A DNA stretch of 61,560 bases, filler included. It is 5 parts of 5 records of this genome, joined end to end, with 100 filler letters (N's around TTAATTAATTAA, not from the genome) between each part and the next. Parts side by side here need not be neighbours in the genome. Positions count along the whole stretch, not along the records: positions 1 to 10,971 come from SRR31156797_374; 4 more parts are not named here. One strand, written 5' to 3'. A program made the position numbers and the translations under genes. Every line of letters starts with the position of its first letter. Within the stretch, counting starts at the first letter, position 1. Below the pieces are notes generated by a model. That model was not told the origin of the DNA, did no database searches, and was given only the letters and a program-made list of their open reading frames with translations. Positions 1-10,329 of this stretch are shown here, piece by piece.

Positions 1-1
1 C

Positions 2-847
2 GGCAAGGGCAACGACCAGGTGCGTTTCGAACTGACCACCATGGCCCTGGATCCAGACCTTATAACCGTCGCCCCCTGGCGCATCTGGGATTTCAAATCC
101 AGGACCGACCTTATCGAATACGCGCGCAACCATGGCATCCCCGTGCCCGCCACCACCGAAAAACCCTATAGCTGCGACCGCAACCTCTTGCATATGAGCT
201 TTGAAGGCGGCGTGCTGGAGGATCCCTGGATGGAGCCGGACGCCTCCATGTTCGTCCTGTCGGTAGCCCCGGAAGACGCCCCCGACAGCCCCCTTTACAT
301 CGAAGTCGATTTTGAAGCCGGCAACCCCACGGCCGTAAACGGAGAGAAGCTTTCTCCCGCCAACCTGTTGGCCAGGCTCAATGAACTGGGCGGCGCCAAC
401 GGCATCGGCCGCGTGGATATGGTTGAAAACCGTTACGTGGGCATGAAATCAAGGGGCATCTATGAAACCCCGGGCGGAACCATTCTCCACATAGCCCACC
501 GGGCCCTCGAATCCATTTGCCTGGACCGTGAAGTCATGCACCTGAAAGATTCCATGATTCCGCGCTATGCCGATATGGTCTACAATGGTTACTGGTATTC
601 GCCGGAAATGAAATCCATGCAGGCGCTCATCGATTCCACCCAGGAACACGTGACCGGCAAGGTCAGGCTTAAGCTGTACAAAGGCAACTGCATTGTCGTG
701 GGCCGTAAATCGGATTATTCCCTGTACAATACCGATTTCGCCACTTTCGAGGAAGACGAGGTCTATAACCAGAAGGACGCGGAAGGATTCATCAGGCTTA
801 ATGGTCTGAGACTCAGAATCCAGAACGCCCTGAGGACTAAAAAATGA
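2..847 (+). CDS. argG: Argininosuccinate synthase (5' partial)
   Basis: [25 protein letters not shown] and [13 protein letters not shown] motifs; frame open from window start; overlaps argH start. Confidence 0.97.
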   Translation, partial: GKGNDQVRFELTTMALDPDLITVAPWRIWDFKSRTDLIEYARNHGIPVPATTEKPYSCDRNLLHMSFEGGVLEDPWMEPDASMFVLSVAPEDAPDSPLYIEVDFEAGNPTAVNGEKLSPANLLARLNELGGANGIGRVDMVENRYVGMKSRGIYETPGGTILHIAHRALESICLDREVMHLKDSMIPRYADMVYNGYWYSPEMKSMQALIDSTQEHVTGKVRLKLYKGNCIVVGRKSDYSLYNTDFATFEEDEVYNQKDAEGFIRLNGLRLRIQNALRTKK

Positions 848-2268
848 CCACTGAACAAAACGGCGAGACCAAGATGTGGGGCGGGCGCTTCGCCCAACCC
901 ACCGACAAGTTGCTGGAAACGTTTTCCGCTTCGGTCCATTTTGATTATAAACTCTACCCTTATGATATCGCCGGCAGCATCGCCCATGCTAAGATGCTCG
1001 GCCGGCAGGGACTGGTAGCTCCGGATGAAGCCGTGGCCATCGTCCAGGGTCTTGAAGAAATAAGGGAGGACATTAAGTCCGGCAAGTTCGAATGGGACCC
1101 TTCACTCGAAGACGTCCATATGAACATTGAACGGGCCCTCGCCGACAAGATAGGTCCGGCCGGAGAAAAACTACACACCGCCCGGAGCCGAAACGACCAG
1201 GTCGCCCTTGACACAAGGTTGTACGTCAAGGACGCCATTGATATGATCGCCGACGGCATCAGGGAGTTGCGAACCGCCCTGACCCTGAAGGCCGAACAGT
1301 ATCCTGACGCGGCCATGCCGGGATACACGCACCTGCAAAGGGCCCAACCCGTTCTGGCCTCCCATCACCTGATGGCCTACCAGGAAATGCTCAAACGGGA
1401 CGGACAAAGACTGGACGACCTGTATAAAAGAGTGGACCTTATGCCCTTGGGCAGCGCCGCCCTGGCCGGCACGGGTTTGTCAATAGACATGAAATTCGTG
1501 GCCAAGGAACTTGGTTTTTCCAAAATCGTGGCCAACAGCATGGACGGCGTGGCTGATCGCGACTATCTGATAGAATTACTGTCCACGGCTTCCATATTAA
1601 TGATGCATCTTTCGCGTATGTCCGAAGATCTCATTTTGTGGGCGACCTCGGAATTCGATTTCGTTAACCTGCCAGACGAACTCTGCACCGGATCGTCCAT
1701 AATGCCCCAAAAAAAGAATCCTGACGTTCCTGAACTTATCCGGGGCAAGACCGGCAGGGTTTACGGGCATTTGATGGCGCTTCTGACCCTGATGAAAGGC
1801 CTGCCCCTTTCATACAACCGGGATATGCAGGAAGACAAGGAACCGCTCTTCGACACCGTTGAAACTCTTTCTATCATACTACCGCTTGCGGCCAGGCTGA
1901 TTTCCAGGCTGGAATTCAAAATCGACAATATGCGGGACGCGGCCGACGATCCCTTTGTCACGGCCACCGATCTCGCCGACCACCTGGTCCGTCGGGGCGT
2001 GCCGTTCAGACAGGCCCATGCCATGGTCGGCAGGACCGTAAGGCACTGCATTGAAAAAGAATGCCGTCTGACCGACCTGTCCGAAAAAGATCTGGCCTCT
2101 CTGTGCCCGGGAGTCAAGCCCGGAGTTCTTAAGGAACTTACCCTCGAGGAATCTCTCAAGGCCCGAATAACTCCGGGCGGCACCGCACCTAAAAGAGTCA
2201 GGGCCGCCATAAAGGAAGCCCTAAAGGAACTCCGGCCGGGCAAAGGTGAAAAGGCCGGGCATGAATAA
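844..2268 (+). CDS. argH: Argininosuccinate lyase
   Basis: [15 protein letters not shown] and fumarate-lyase signature [12 protein letters not shown]. Confidence 0.97.
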   Translation: MTTEQNGETKMWGGRFAQPTDKLLETFSASVHFDYKLYPYDIAGSIAHAKMLGRQGLVAPDEAVAIVQGLEEIREDIKSGKFEWDPSLEDVHMNIERALADKIGPAGEKLHTARSRNDQVALDTRLYVKDAIDMIADGIRELRTALTLKAEQYPDAAMPGYTHLQRAQPVLASHHLMAYQEMLKRDGQRLDDLYKRVDLMPLGSAALAGTGLSIDMKFVAKELGFSKIVANSMDGVADRDYLIELLSTASILMMHLSRMSEDLILWATSEFDFVNLPDELCTGSSIMPQKKNPDVPELIRGKTGRVYGHLMALLTLMKGLPLSYNRDMQEDKEPLFDTVETLSIILPLAARLISRLEFKIDNMRDAADDPFVTATDLADHLVRRGVPFRQAHAMVGRTVRHCIEKECRLTDLSEKDLASLCPGVKPGVLKELTLEESLKARITPGGTAPKRVRAAIKEALKELRPGKGEKAGHE

Positions 2269-3334
2269 TGCCATCCGCAATGCCGCGATCATTCTCATGG
2301 TCGCGGCCTTGGGCTTTGCCTGCGGAGTCAAGGCTCCGCCTTTGCCCTCGAGCGTGCTCCTTCCGGACAGGCCGGGCGAACCCGTTTACTCTTTTGGAAA
2401 AAACGGCGTTATAACCGTCAGCTTTAAACCTCCGGAAAAAAACATTAAAGGTCTGCCTCTCAAGGACCTGGGCGGCTTTTTTATCGAGAAAAGCGAAAAC
2501 AGAATCAGGCCGGGATTCTGCCCGGGCTGCCCGGTTGAATACACCGACACTTTCAGTATTGAAGCCGAGAAGCCGCCCGCACGTAAATTAGTAGCTGATG
2601 TCCTTTACAGGTTCGAAGACAAACTGACTCCCGGCTATTTTTACAAATATCGGATTCACGCCCATGATTCCGACGGGGATTACGACCCGGCAAGCTTCAC
2701 AACCCTGCAGGTTTTTTACGACGACCCCGGTCTGCCCCCCGATGCCGTAACAGCGAGAACCGAAGATAAAATGGTCTTTCTCAAGTGGGCGCCTCCCCAA
2801 ACCCTTGTCGATGGAAGGCCCATGGACGACCTGGACGGGTACGACATTTATCGCCGCGAGCCCGGAGGCCCCTGGGTAAAGCTTAACTCGGACAACCCCT
2901 GGACAAAGAATTTTTTTGAAGATTCAAGGGTGGCTAATGAAAAGACATATGAGTATGAAATCAGAAGCGTCAGGGACATTGAGGGAACCATGGTTCCGGG
3001 GCCGCCGTCCCCAATCGTTTCGGCGCGTCCACGCGACTTGACACCTCCGCCGCCGCCTGTTAATGTTTATTCCGCTGCGTTTAAAGACGGCGTCAAACTT
3101 ACCTGGCCTGAGGCAAAGGCGCCTGATTTGGCGGGGTATCGAATCTATAAAAGACGCGAAGGCCAAACCGATTCCAAGCGGATAGGCCCGGCCCTTTTAA
3201 AAGTTAACTTATTCCTCGATTCCGATGTCCGCATTGGTGAAACCTATTATTATCGCGTGACGTCAGTGGATGGTTCTCCGGCTGCGAATGAAAGCGAACC
3301 AAGCGTCGAGGTCAGTATAATTTATGAACCTTGA
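2261..3334 (+). CDS. Lipoprotein with fibronectin type III-like domains
   Basis: Signal II/lipobox LGFAC followed by GVKAPP; repeated FN3-like LxW...GYxIY.R...YxYxI/V motifs; ATG 2261 overlaps the argH stop. Confidence 0.75.
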   Translation: MNNAIRNAAIILMVAALGFACGVKAPPLPSSVLLPDRPGEPVYSFGKNGVITVSFKPPEKNIKGLPLKDLGGFFIEKSENRIRPGFCPGCPVEYTDTFSIEAEKPPARKLVADVLYRFEDKLTPGYFYKYRIHAHDSDGDYDPASFTTLQVFYDDPGLPPDAVTARTEDKMVFLKWAPPQTLVDGRPMDDLDGYDIYRREPGGPWVKLNSDNPWTKNFFEDSRVANEKTYEYEIRSVRDIEGTMVPGPPSPIVSARPRDLTPPPPPVNVYSAAFKDGVKLTWPEAKAPDLAGYRIYKRREGQTDSKRIGPALLKVNLFLDSDVRIGETYYYRVTSVDGSPAANESEPSVEVSIIYEP

Positions 3335-3444
3335 AATGAGCCGCTACATCCAAGGAGCGGCTTGCAGAGTGAATTGACAAAGCTTTTGGGATGTCTCTTG
3401 CTGCCGAATCAAGCTTTGTTTTTTAGGAGTTTATCGGGATTCTT

Positions 3445-4710
3445 ATGAACTATTTCGAATACAAAAATAATGAACTGTTTTGTGAGGACGTGCCCATGTC
3501 CAGGATTGCCGAAGAAGTCGGCACTCCCGTCTATGTTTACAGCCATGCGACGCTTCAAAGACATTTTAAAGCCTTTGACGGCGCCTTTGAAGGCATGGAC
3601 CATCTGACCTGTTTTTCCGTCAAGGCCAATTCCAATATAGCTTTGCTTAAACTAATGGCTGACATGGGCGGCGGCGTGGATATCGTTTCCGGCGGCGAAC
3701 TCTTCCGGGCTCTTAAGGCCGGAGTGCCCCATGACAAGATCGTTTTCTCCGGCGTCGGCAAAACCAGGGATGAAATGAAAGCCGCCCTGGATGCAGATAT
3801 CCTGATGTTTAACATCGAATCCAAGCAGGAAATAGACATCCTTAACGATGTCGCCGTTTCCATGGGCAAAAAAGCCAGAATCTCCTTAAGAGTCAATCCG
3901 GATGTGGACCCCCAGACCCACCCTTATATTTCCACCGGTCTGAGGAAAAACAAGTTCGGCGTCCCCTTTGATGAAGCGCTGGCCGAGTACATCAGGGCCG
4001 ATGAAATGCCTGGCTTGGAAATCGTCGGCATCGATTGCCATATCGGCTCTCAGCTAACCACGGTCAATCCTTTCGTCGACGCCGCGGCCCGGTTGAGAAA
4101 CCTTGTGGACCAGCTCAAGGAAAAAGGCATCGAGCTTAAATACCTGGATCTCGGCGGCGGCCTGGGCATAACCTATGACGAAGAAATTCCCCCCGAACCC
4201 GGCGAATACGCCAAGGCGGTCAACCGGGCCATGGCCGGCAGCAACCTCAAGATAATTCTTGAACCCGGCCGGGTCATTGTCGGCAACGCCGGCGTTTTCA
4301 TGGCCAGGGTCCTCTTTACCAAGGACGGGGAAGAAAAAAGTTTTGTCGTAACCGACGGGGCCATGAACGACCTGATGAGGCCGGCCCTGTATGACTCCTA
4401 TCACATGATCCGACCCGTGAACATTACCGACAGACCTTCGGTTAATGTGGACGTGGTCGGACCGATTTGCGAATCAAGCGACTTCCTGGGACGCGAAAGG
4501 CTTCTTGAAAGATTCCAGCCTGGTGAATTGGTGGCGGTCATGAGCGCCGGGGCCTATGGATTCACCATGAGTTCGAATTACAATTCCAGGCGTCGGGCCG
4601 CTGAGGTCCTGGTAAATGGAAATGAATTTTTCCTGGTCCGGGACAGAGAAACCAACGATGATTTAATCAGGGGAGAGGTCATCCCCAACTTCATGAAAAC
4701 CGGAGCCTGA
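3445..4710 (+). CDS. lysA: Diaminopimelate decarboxylase
   Basis: FSVKAN PLP lysine, HIGSQ, LDLGGG, EPGR, GPICESSD, MSSNYN. Confidence 0.97.
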   Translation: MNYFEYKNNELFCEDVPMSRIAEEVGTPVYVYSHATLQRHFKAFDGAFEGMDHLTCFSVKANSNIALLKLMADMGGGVDIVSGGELFRALKAGVPHDKIVFSGVGKTRDEMKAALDADILMFNIESKQEIDILNDVAVSMGKKARISLRVNPDVDPQTHPYISTGLRKNKFGVPFDEALAEYIRADEMPGLEIVGIDCHIGSQLTTVNPFVDAAARLRNLVDQLKEKGIELKYLDLGGGLGITYDEEIPPEPGEYAKAVNRAMAGSNLKIILEPGRVIVGNAGVFMARVLFTKDGEEKSFVVTDGAMNDLMRPALYDSYHMIRPVNITDRPSVNVDVVGPICESSDFLGRERLLERFQPGELVAVMSAGAYGFTMSSNYNSRRRAAEVLVNGNEFFLVRDRETNDDLIRGEVIPNFMKTGA

Positions 4711-4713
4711 AAA

Positions 4714-5544
4714 ATGATAGATCTCGAATTCTATAAAATGAGCGGCCATGGAAACGACTTTGTTATCGTCGACAACTGGGAAGGCATTGTTAAGGAAGAA
4801 AACATGGCCGACCTGGCCAAGGCCGTCTGCCGCAGGCAAAACGGGGTCGGGGCCGATGGAATGGTTTTTGTCGAGGAAGGCCCCAATGAAGTGGATTTTG
4901 CCTGGCGGTTCTTTAATTCCGACGGCAGCGAAGCTGAAATGTGCGGCAATGCCGGCAGGTGCGTGGCCCAGTTCGCTTACCTGACCGGGATCGCTCCCGC
5001 GGAAATGAGTTTTATGACCTTGGCCGGTATAATTAACGCCAAGGTAGGGGAAAAGTCCGTCCGTATCCAGATGACGCCTCCGGGCGAACCGGAAATGGAC
5101 TGTATTTTAAACGTGGAAGGACGTGATTTGAAGTTTTGCAGCATCAACACGGGCGTTCCACATGCCGTCACCTGGGTGGATGACGTGAAGGCGGCAGAGG
5201 TGTTTGAGATGGGTCGGGTTATCCGGTTCCATCCAAATTTTAAGCCGGCGGGAACAAATGTGAATTTTGTGGAAGTTGTGGGAGAGGACCGCTTGTCCGT
5301 AAGGACATACGAAAGAGGAGTCGAAGACGAAACTCTGGCCTGCGGGACCGGAGTTATCGCCTCCGTTCTTTTGTCCTCCCTCAAAGGACTGGTGGAATCG
5401 CCGACCAGGGTTCGCACCCAAGGCGGAGAAGATCTTCTTGTCCATTTCACATACGAAGGAGACAAATTCACAAAGGTGTTCCTGGAAGGGCCGGTCAGGC
5501 TCACATTCACCGGGCGCCTTGGTCCGGACGTAATGCGTCGTTAG
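4714..5544 (+). CDS. dapF: Diaminopimelate epimerase
   Basis: GNDF, NSDGSEAEMCGN and ERGVEDETLACGTG catalytic cysteines. Confidence 0.97.
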   Translation: MIDLEFYKMSGHGNDFVIVDNWEGIVKEENMADLAKAVCRRQNGVGADGMVFVEEGPNEVDFAWRFFNSDGSEAEMCGNAGRCVAQFAYLTGIAPAEMSFMTLAGIINAKVGEKSVRIQMTPPGEPEMDCILNVEGRDLKFCSINTGVPHAVTWVDDVKAAEVFEMGRVIRFHPNFKPAGTNVNFVEVVGEDRLSVRTYERGVEDETLACGTGVIASVLLSSLKGLVESPTRVRTQGGEDLLVHFTYEGDKFTKVFLEGPVRLTFTGRLGPDVMRR

Positions 5545-5588
5545 GACCAAAATTTTCATCCACTTTTATTCTGGATAAGGAGCAAAAG

Positions 5589-6467
5589 ATGTTTGAAGGA
5601 ATAATGACGGCTCTTGTCACCCCGTTTGCCAACGGCGGAGTCGACGAAGAAGCCTTTCGCCGGCTTATTAATTTTCAAATCGAAGGCGGAGTATCCGCCA
5701 TTGTCCCCTGCGGCACCACCGGCGAATCAGCCACAATGGACCATGCCGAACACAAACGCGTCACCGAATTAGCTATCGATGAAGCCAAAGGCCGCGTTCC
5801 CGTAATTGCAGGAACCGGATCAAACAGCACGGACGAAGCAATCGAGCTTACCGTCCATGCCAAGGAAGCCGGAGCCCAGGGCGCCCTCATGGTCTCGCCA
5901 TATTACAATAAACCTACCCAGGAAGGGCTGTACCTGCATTTCAAGGCCGTGGCCGAAGCCGCCGACATACCCATCATCCTTTACAACATACCCGGCCGGA
6001 CCGCATCCAATATGCTGCCCGAAACAATCGCCCGGCTGGCTGAAATCGATAACATAGTCGGCGTCAAGGAAGCCACCGGCGACCTCAATCAAATGGCGCG
6101 TACAATAGAACTTTGCGGCCCCGATTTTGTGGTGGTTTCCGGAGACGACTCCCTGACCCTGCCCTTGCTGGCCATTGGCGGAAGAGGCGTCATTTCGGTC
6201 GCCGCCAATATAATCCCCCGTCGAATGGCTGATATGTGGGAAACATGGAAATCCGGCGACCTGGAAAAAACCAGGACCCAATTCTATGAACTCTTGCCCC
6301 TGTTCAGGGCCCTGTTCATTGAAACAAATCCCATTCCCATCAAAACGGCCCTGCATCTTTACGGCATTATGGGACCTGAATTCCGCCTGCCCATGTGCGC
6401 CATGAATGAAAACAACCAGGCCGCCTTTAAAAAAGTATTGGCCGATTACGGGTTGATCGGGTCATGA
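5589..6467 (+). CDS. dapA: 4-hydroxy-tetrahydrodipicolinate synthase
   Basis: GTTGES, PYYNKP, LYNIPGRT, GVKEA, SGDD, ETNPIPIK. Confidence 0.97.
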   Translation: MFEGIMTALVTPFANGGVDEEAFRRLINFQIEGGVSAIVPCGTTGESATMDHAEHKRVTELAIDEAKGRVPVIAGTGSNSTDEAIELTVHAKEAGAQGALMVSPYYNKPTQEGLYLHFKAVAEAADIPIILYNIPGRTASNMLPETIARLAEIDNIVGVKEATGDLNQMARTIELCGPDFVVVSGDDSLTLPLLAIGGRGVISVAANIIPRRMADMWETWKSGDLEKTRTQFYELLPLFRALFIETNPIPIKTALHLYGIMGPEFRLPMCAMNENNQAAFKKVLADYGLIGS

Positions 6468-7267
6468 CTTCCGTAATTGTCGCCGGAGCTGCCGGGAGAA
6501 TGGGCGCCCGGATTATGCGGGCGGTAATGGATTCCGGAGAATTAAACTTGACCGGGGCGTTCGAGCGCCCCGACCACCCCGACATAGGCCGTGACGCGGG
6601 TCTTGCCGCCGGTATCGGCGAAAATGGGGTCAAACTGGCCAAAAACCTGGATGAAGTGCTCGATAACGGCGACGTTATCATTGATTTCACTCATCCGGAA
6701 GCAACCATGAACAATGCTGAAAAAGCCGCCTCCGCGTGCAAGGCCATGGTTATCGGCACAACCGGGTTGTCCGACGATCAAAAAAATCGCCTTAAGGAAC
6801 TTGGCGAAGGCGCCCGTCTGGTCGTTGCGCCTAACATGAGCGTCGGTGTAAACCTTTTATTCAAGGTTGTCGGCGATGTGGCCGGAATATTGGGCGAAGG
6901 CTTTGATTTAGAAATTGTTGAAGCCCACCACCGCCTCAAAAAGGACGCTCCCAGCGGGACCGCCGTGCGCCTGGCCGAAGTGCTGGCCGATGCAACCGGA
7001 AGGAAAATTTCCGAGTGCGGCGTGTACGGAAGACAAGGCATGGTCGGCGAAAGAACCGATGATGAAATCGCGGTGCTGGCCGTCCGGGCCGGCGACATTG
7101 TCGGCGATCATACCGTCACATTCGGCGGCATTGGAGAACGCATAGAAATAACACATCGCGCCCACTCCAGGGACACTTTCGCCCGGGGTGCGGCCCGGGC
7201 CGCCGCCTGGATCGCCGAAAAGCCGAACGGGTTCTACGACATGCAGGACGTCCTGGGACTAAGGTGA
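6464..7267 (+). CDS. dapB: 4-hydroxy-tetrahydrodipicolinate reductase
   Basis: GAAGRMG, IDFT, GTTG, EAHHRLKKDAPSGTA. Confidence 0.97.
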   Translation: MTSVIVAGAAGRMGARIMRAVMDSGELNLTGAFERPDHPDIGRDAGLAAGIGENGVKLAKNLDEVLDNGDVIIDFTHPEATMNNAEKAASACKAMVIGTTGLSDDQKNRLKELGEGARLVVAPNMSVGVNLLFKVVGDVAGILGEGFDLEIVEAHHRLKKDAPSGTAVRLAEVLADATGRKISECGVYGRQGMVGERTDDEIAVLAVRAGDIVGDHTVTFGGIGERIEITHRAHSRDTFARGAARAAAWIAEKPNGFYDMQDVLGLR

Positions 7268-7272
7268 ACAAT

Positions 7273-8034
7273 ATGAACCTCGTAAGATTCAAATCAGGAA
7301 CTGAAAATCCGAAAGCCGGACTACTCGAAGCCGGGATAATATATGAACTCGAAGGCAACGTCTTTGGCCCTTATAATAAAACAGGAAAAGAGTTCGCCGC
7401 CGGCGACGTTGAAATCCTGGCCCCCTGCCTGCCCGGCAAGATTATCGGCGTTGGTCTCAATTATCGAGACCATGCCGAGGAAATGAATTTCCCGCTTCCC
7501 CAGGAGCCGTTGATCTTTATGAAAGCCCCATCTACGGTAATCGGGCCGGGACAAGCCATCGTCTGCCCCAAGGTCAGCAAGCAAGTGGATTACGAAGCCG
7601 AAATAGCTGTTGTCATGGGCCGCAGGGCTAAAAACGTTTCAAGCGAAAAAGCCCTGGAATACGTGCTGGGATACACCTGCCTGAATGATGTGACCGCGCG
7701 GGACCTGCAAGCCGTTGACAACCAATGGGTCAGGGCCAAAAGCTTTGATACTTTTTGTCCGTTGGGCCCGGCGATTGTCACGGATATCGATCCTTCCGAT
7801 CTGGCTGTGGAAGCATGGCTTTCCGGGGAAAGAAAGCAGTGCTCCCGCACCAGCAACCTCGTTTTTGATATTCCGGCCCTGGTGGAATACATCTCTTCCA
7901 TAATGACCCTGGAGCCCGGAGACGTTATTGCCACCGGCACTCCTTCGGGCGTTGGTCCCATGAAACCGGGCGATTCCATTGAAATTAAAATAGAAGGATT
8001 AGGATCGATAGTAAATCCGGTGGCGGCTGAATAA
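7273..8034 (+). CDS. Fumarylacetoacetate hydrolase family protein
   Basis: GLNYRDH, DYEAE, NDVTARD, KSFDTF, PGDVIATGTPSG; alternative GTG start at 7264. Confidence 0.9.
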   Translation: MNLVRFKSGTENPKAGLLEAGIIYELEGNVFGPYNKTGKEFAAGDVEILAPCLPGKIIGVGLNYRDHAEEMNFPLPQEPLIFMKAPSTVIGPGQAIVCPKVSKQVDYEAEIAVVMGRRAKNVSSEKALEYVLGYTCLNDVTARDLQAVDNQWVRAKSFDTFCPLGPAIVTDIDPSDLAVEAWLSGERKQCSRTSNLVFDIPALVEYISSIMTLEPGDVIATGTPSGVGPMKPGDSIEIKIEGLGSIVNPVAAE

Positions 8035-8062
8035 CACCGGATCAGACCTGGTTTATATCCCC

Positions 8063-8094
8063 AAGGCCCCGGTTCCGAAAGGCGCCGGGGCCTT
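8063..8094 (+). terminator. GC-rich hairpin, possible intrinsic terminator after the FAH gene
   Basis: Perfect 10-bp inverted repeat AAGGCCCCGG...CCGGGGCCTT; U-tail is weak. Confidence 0.5.
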
Positions 8095-8105
8095 GTTCTG
8101 ATTAC

Positions 8106-8292
8106 GCCGGGGCTGCGGCTGATATCGATTTTTATGAAAAGGTTGTTAAATTTGCTCAAAAATATGAGATAATCATGGTCAGCGACGCCATTTATATGGA
8201 TTCGGGCCTTCGGGCGAAGGATGCGCCCGTTTTGCCTTAACAAGGATGAGAGCCGGTTGCGCGAAGCTGTTGACCGGATCAAGGGGCTGTAA
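8106..8292 (+). pseudogene. dapL: Relic of a class I/II PLP aminotransferase, probably LL-diaminopimelate aminotransferase
   Basis: Three fragments in shifting frames: AGAAADIDFYEKVVKFAQKYEIIMVSDAIY / GFGPSGEGCARFALT / DESRLREAVDRIKGL*; these match middle and C-terminal aminotransferase motifs; position in a dap cluster. Confidence 0.7.
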
Positions 8293-8294
8293 TC

Positions 8295-8789
8295 ATAGTA
8301 AGCAGAAATCAAGCCGCTATAGGACTCGGCTCAAATGACGGCGACAAAATAGGCCTGATCAACAGGGCCTTGGATGAAATAGGCGCCATTCCAGGCCTGT
8401 CCGTTCTAAGCGTGTCCGAATTTTACAGAACTCAACCCGTGGGTTATACTGAACAGGATTGGTTCGTCAATGCAGCCGCCCTGGTCGAAACAGAAATACG
8501 GCCGCAAGATCTGCTGATCCGGTTATTGGGTATTGAAGAAAAAATGGGCCGCATCCGGACCATAAAATGGGGGCCGAGGTTAATAGACCTGGATCTCTTG
8601 TTTTATGATAATGTGGTAATCCGGGAAGAGGATTTTTCCATACCGCATCCTTTCCTGGATCAAAGACGGTTCGTCCTTGTGCCGTTGGCCGATGTCGCCC
8701 CCGATTGGACGCATCCCGTAACCGGCTTGACGACCGTTGAAATGTTGGACAGTCTCGATGAAACGGATCAGGAAGTCAGACCCCTGTAG
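8295..8789 (+). CDS. folK: 2-amino-4-hydroxy-6-hydroxymethyldihydropteridine diphosphokinase
   Basis: AIGLGSN (upstream of the track's TTG 8370), QDWFVN, KWGPRLIDLDLL, IPHP, RRFVLVPL; start probably ATA 8295. Confidence 0.9.
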   Translation: MVSRNQAAIGLGSNDGDKIGLINRALDEIGAIPGLSVLSVSEFYRTQPVGYTEQDWFVNAAALVETEIRPQDLLIRLLGIEEKMGRIRTIKWGPRLIDLDLLFYDNVVIREEDFSIPHPFLDQRRFVLVPLADVAPDWTHPVTGLTTVEMLDSLDETDQEVRPL

Positions 8790-8791
8790 TC

Positions 8792-9067
8792 ATGGTTCGC
8801 TGGGTCATAATAATTATTCTGTTTTATCTGATTTATCAGGTTCTGAAAGGGCTCATCAACCCGCCGGAACCAAAAAATGAGCTTCGTCGCAACACCGAAC
8901 CGGAAAAGAAATCCGGGCAGCCGGAAGAACTGGTTCGCGACCCGTTTAACGGAACCTATTTCCCCAGGTCCGAAGGGGTTGCATATATGGTGGACGGACG
9001 GTTATTATACTTTCTCAATGAAGAAAGCCGTGACAAGTATCTCCTGGCGCGGCAGGCAAAAAACTAG
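8792..9067 (+). CDS. Small membrane-anchored protein with YHS/TRASH-like domain lacking cysteines
   Basis: N-terminal TM helix; [14 protein letters not shown]...[11 protein letters not shown] resembles DPVCGxY...YFCSxxCxxxY. Confidence 0.65.
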   Translation: MVRWVIIIILFYLIYQVLKGLINPPEPKNELRRNTEPEKKSGQPEELVRDPFNGTYFPRSEGVAYMVDGRLLYFLNEESRDKYLLARQAKN

Positions 9068-9078
9068 GGAGGACCTTA

Positions 9079-9735
9079 ATGAAATTCTTCATCGATACAG
9101 CCAATCTGGCTGAAATAAAAGAAGCGGCCGAAATGGGGCTCTTGGACGGCGTGACCACCAATCCCAGTCTTATGGCCAAGGAAAAAGCTGATATGGAAAC
9201 CCGGCTCAAGGAAATATGTGAAATTGTCGATGGGCCGGTTAATGGCGAAGTTGTCAGCCTCAAAGCGGCCGGTATGGTCAGGGAAGGTAAACAACTGGCC
9301 AAGCTGGCGCCCAATATGGTCGTCAAGATTCCGATGACCAATGACGGCATCAAGGCAACCAAGGCCCTGTCCCAAGCAGGCATAATGACCAACGTCACCC
9401 TGGTTTTTTCACCGCTTCAGGCTCTAATGGCCGCAAAAGCGGGCGCTACATTCGTAAGCCCGTTCGTAGGGCGGTTGGACGATCTGTCACAGGTCGGCAT
9501 GGAACTCGTCGATCAGATCGTCACCATATACGGCAACTATGGATTTGATACGGAAGTCATAGTGGCCAGCATCAGGAACCCTGTTCACGTGCTGGATTCG
9601 GCCCTGATGGGCGCGGATATCGCGACCATGCCTTTCAAGGTCATTCAGCAACTGAGTAAACATCCCCTAACGGATAAAGGACTCCAGGCCTTTTTGGATG
9701 ACTGGAAAAAGACGGCGGGAAAAAAGAAAAAATAG
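9079..9735 (+). CDS. fsa: Transaldolase / fructose-6-phosphate aldolase family (short type)
   Basis: [39 protein letters not shown]. Confidence 0.93.
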   Translation: MKFFIDTANLAEIKEAAEMGLLDGVTTNPSLMAKEKADMETRLKEICEIVDGPVNGEVVSLKAAGMVREGKQLAKLAPNMVVKIPMTNDGIKATKALSQAGIMTNVTLVFSPLQALMAAKAGATFVSPFVGRLDDLSQVGMELVDQIVTIYGNYGFDTEVIVASIRNPVHVLDSALMGADIATMPFKVIQQLSKHPLTDKGLQAFLDDWKKTAGKKKK

Positions 9736-10324
9736 CGTCCTCTTTAAGGCAAGCCTGATCTTTTTAGCCCTGGCCTTGTTAACAGGCGGCGCCCGGGCTA
9801 AACAGGTTTACATGTTTCGGGACAGCAAGGGCGTGGTCCATTTCACCGACGCTCCGACCGATACGCGGTATCAGCCTTTTGAGGTTAAAGCAAAATTGAT
9901 AATCGGCGCCGCCGGGCCGCGGCGAATTGACCCGGCTTTGCTGAAACCTTATATTTTGGCAGCCGGACGTCAATACAGACTTGATCCGGCCTTGATAACA
10001 GCGGTCATCAGGGTCGAATCAGCCTTTGATCCAAATGCAGTTTCCTGGGCCGGGGCGCAGGGGTTAATGCAGCTTATGCCTGGCACTGCTTCCATGATGG
10101 GCGTCCGCAACGTTTTCAGCCCCAGGGAAAACATTTTCGGCGGCAGTAAATACTTGAGGTGCATGCTGGATCGCTTTAAAGGCAATCTCAAGCTGTCTCT
10201 GGCGGCTTATAATATCGGCCCCGAAAGAGTCGCCCGGGAAAAGAAAATCCCTAATGTGCGGGAAACCCAAGCCTACGTGAAAAGGGTGCTCCTGTATTAC
10301 AACCAGTATAAAAAGAAGAAATAA
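9698..10324 (+). CDS. Lytic transglycosylase (SLT domain) with DUF4124-like N-terminus
   Basis: [42 protein letters not shown]. Confidence 0.9.
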   Translation: MTGKRRREKRKNSVLFKASLIFLALALLTGGARAKQVYMFRDSKGVVHFTDAPTDTRYQPFEVKAKLIIGAAGPRRIDPALLKPYILAAGRQYRLDPALITAVIRVESAFDPNAVSWAGAQGLMQLMPGTASMMGVRNVFSPRENIFGGSKYLRCMLDRFKGNLKLSLAAYNIGPERVAREKKIPNVRETQAYVKRVLLYYNQYKKKK

Positions 10325-10329
10325 AGAAA

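Noticed and set aside
7590-8312. 240-aa minus-strand ORF
   Set aside because: Antisense to the FAH gene and the dapL relic; no motifs
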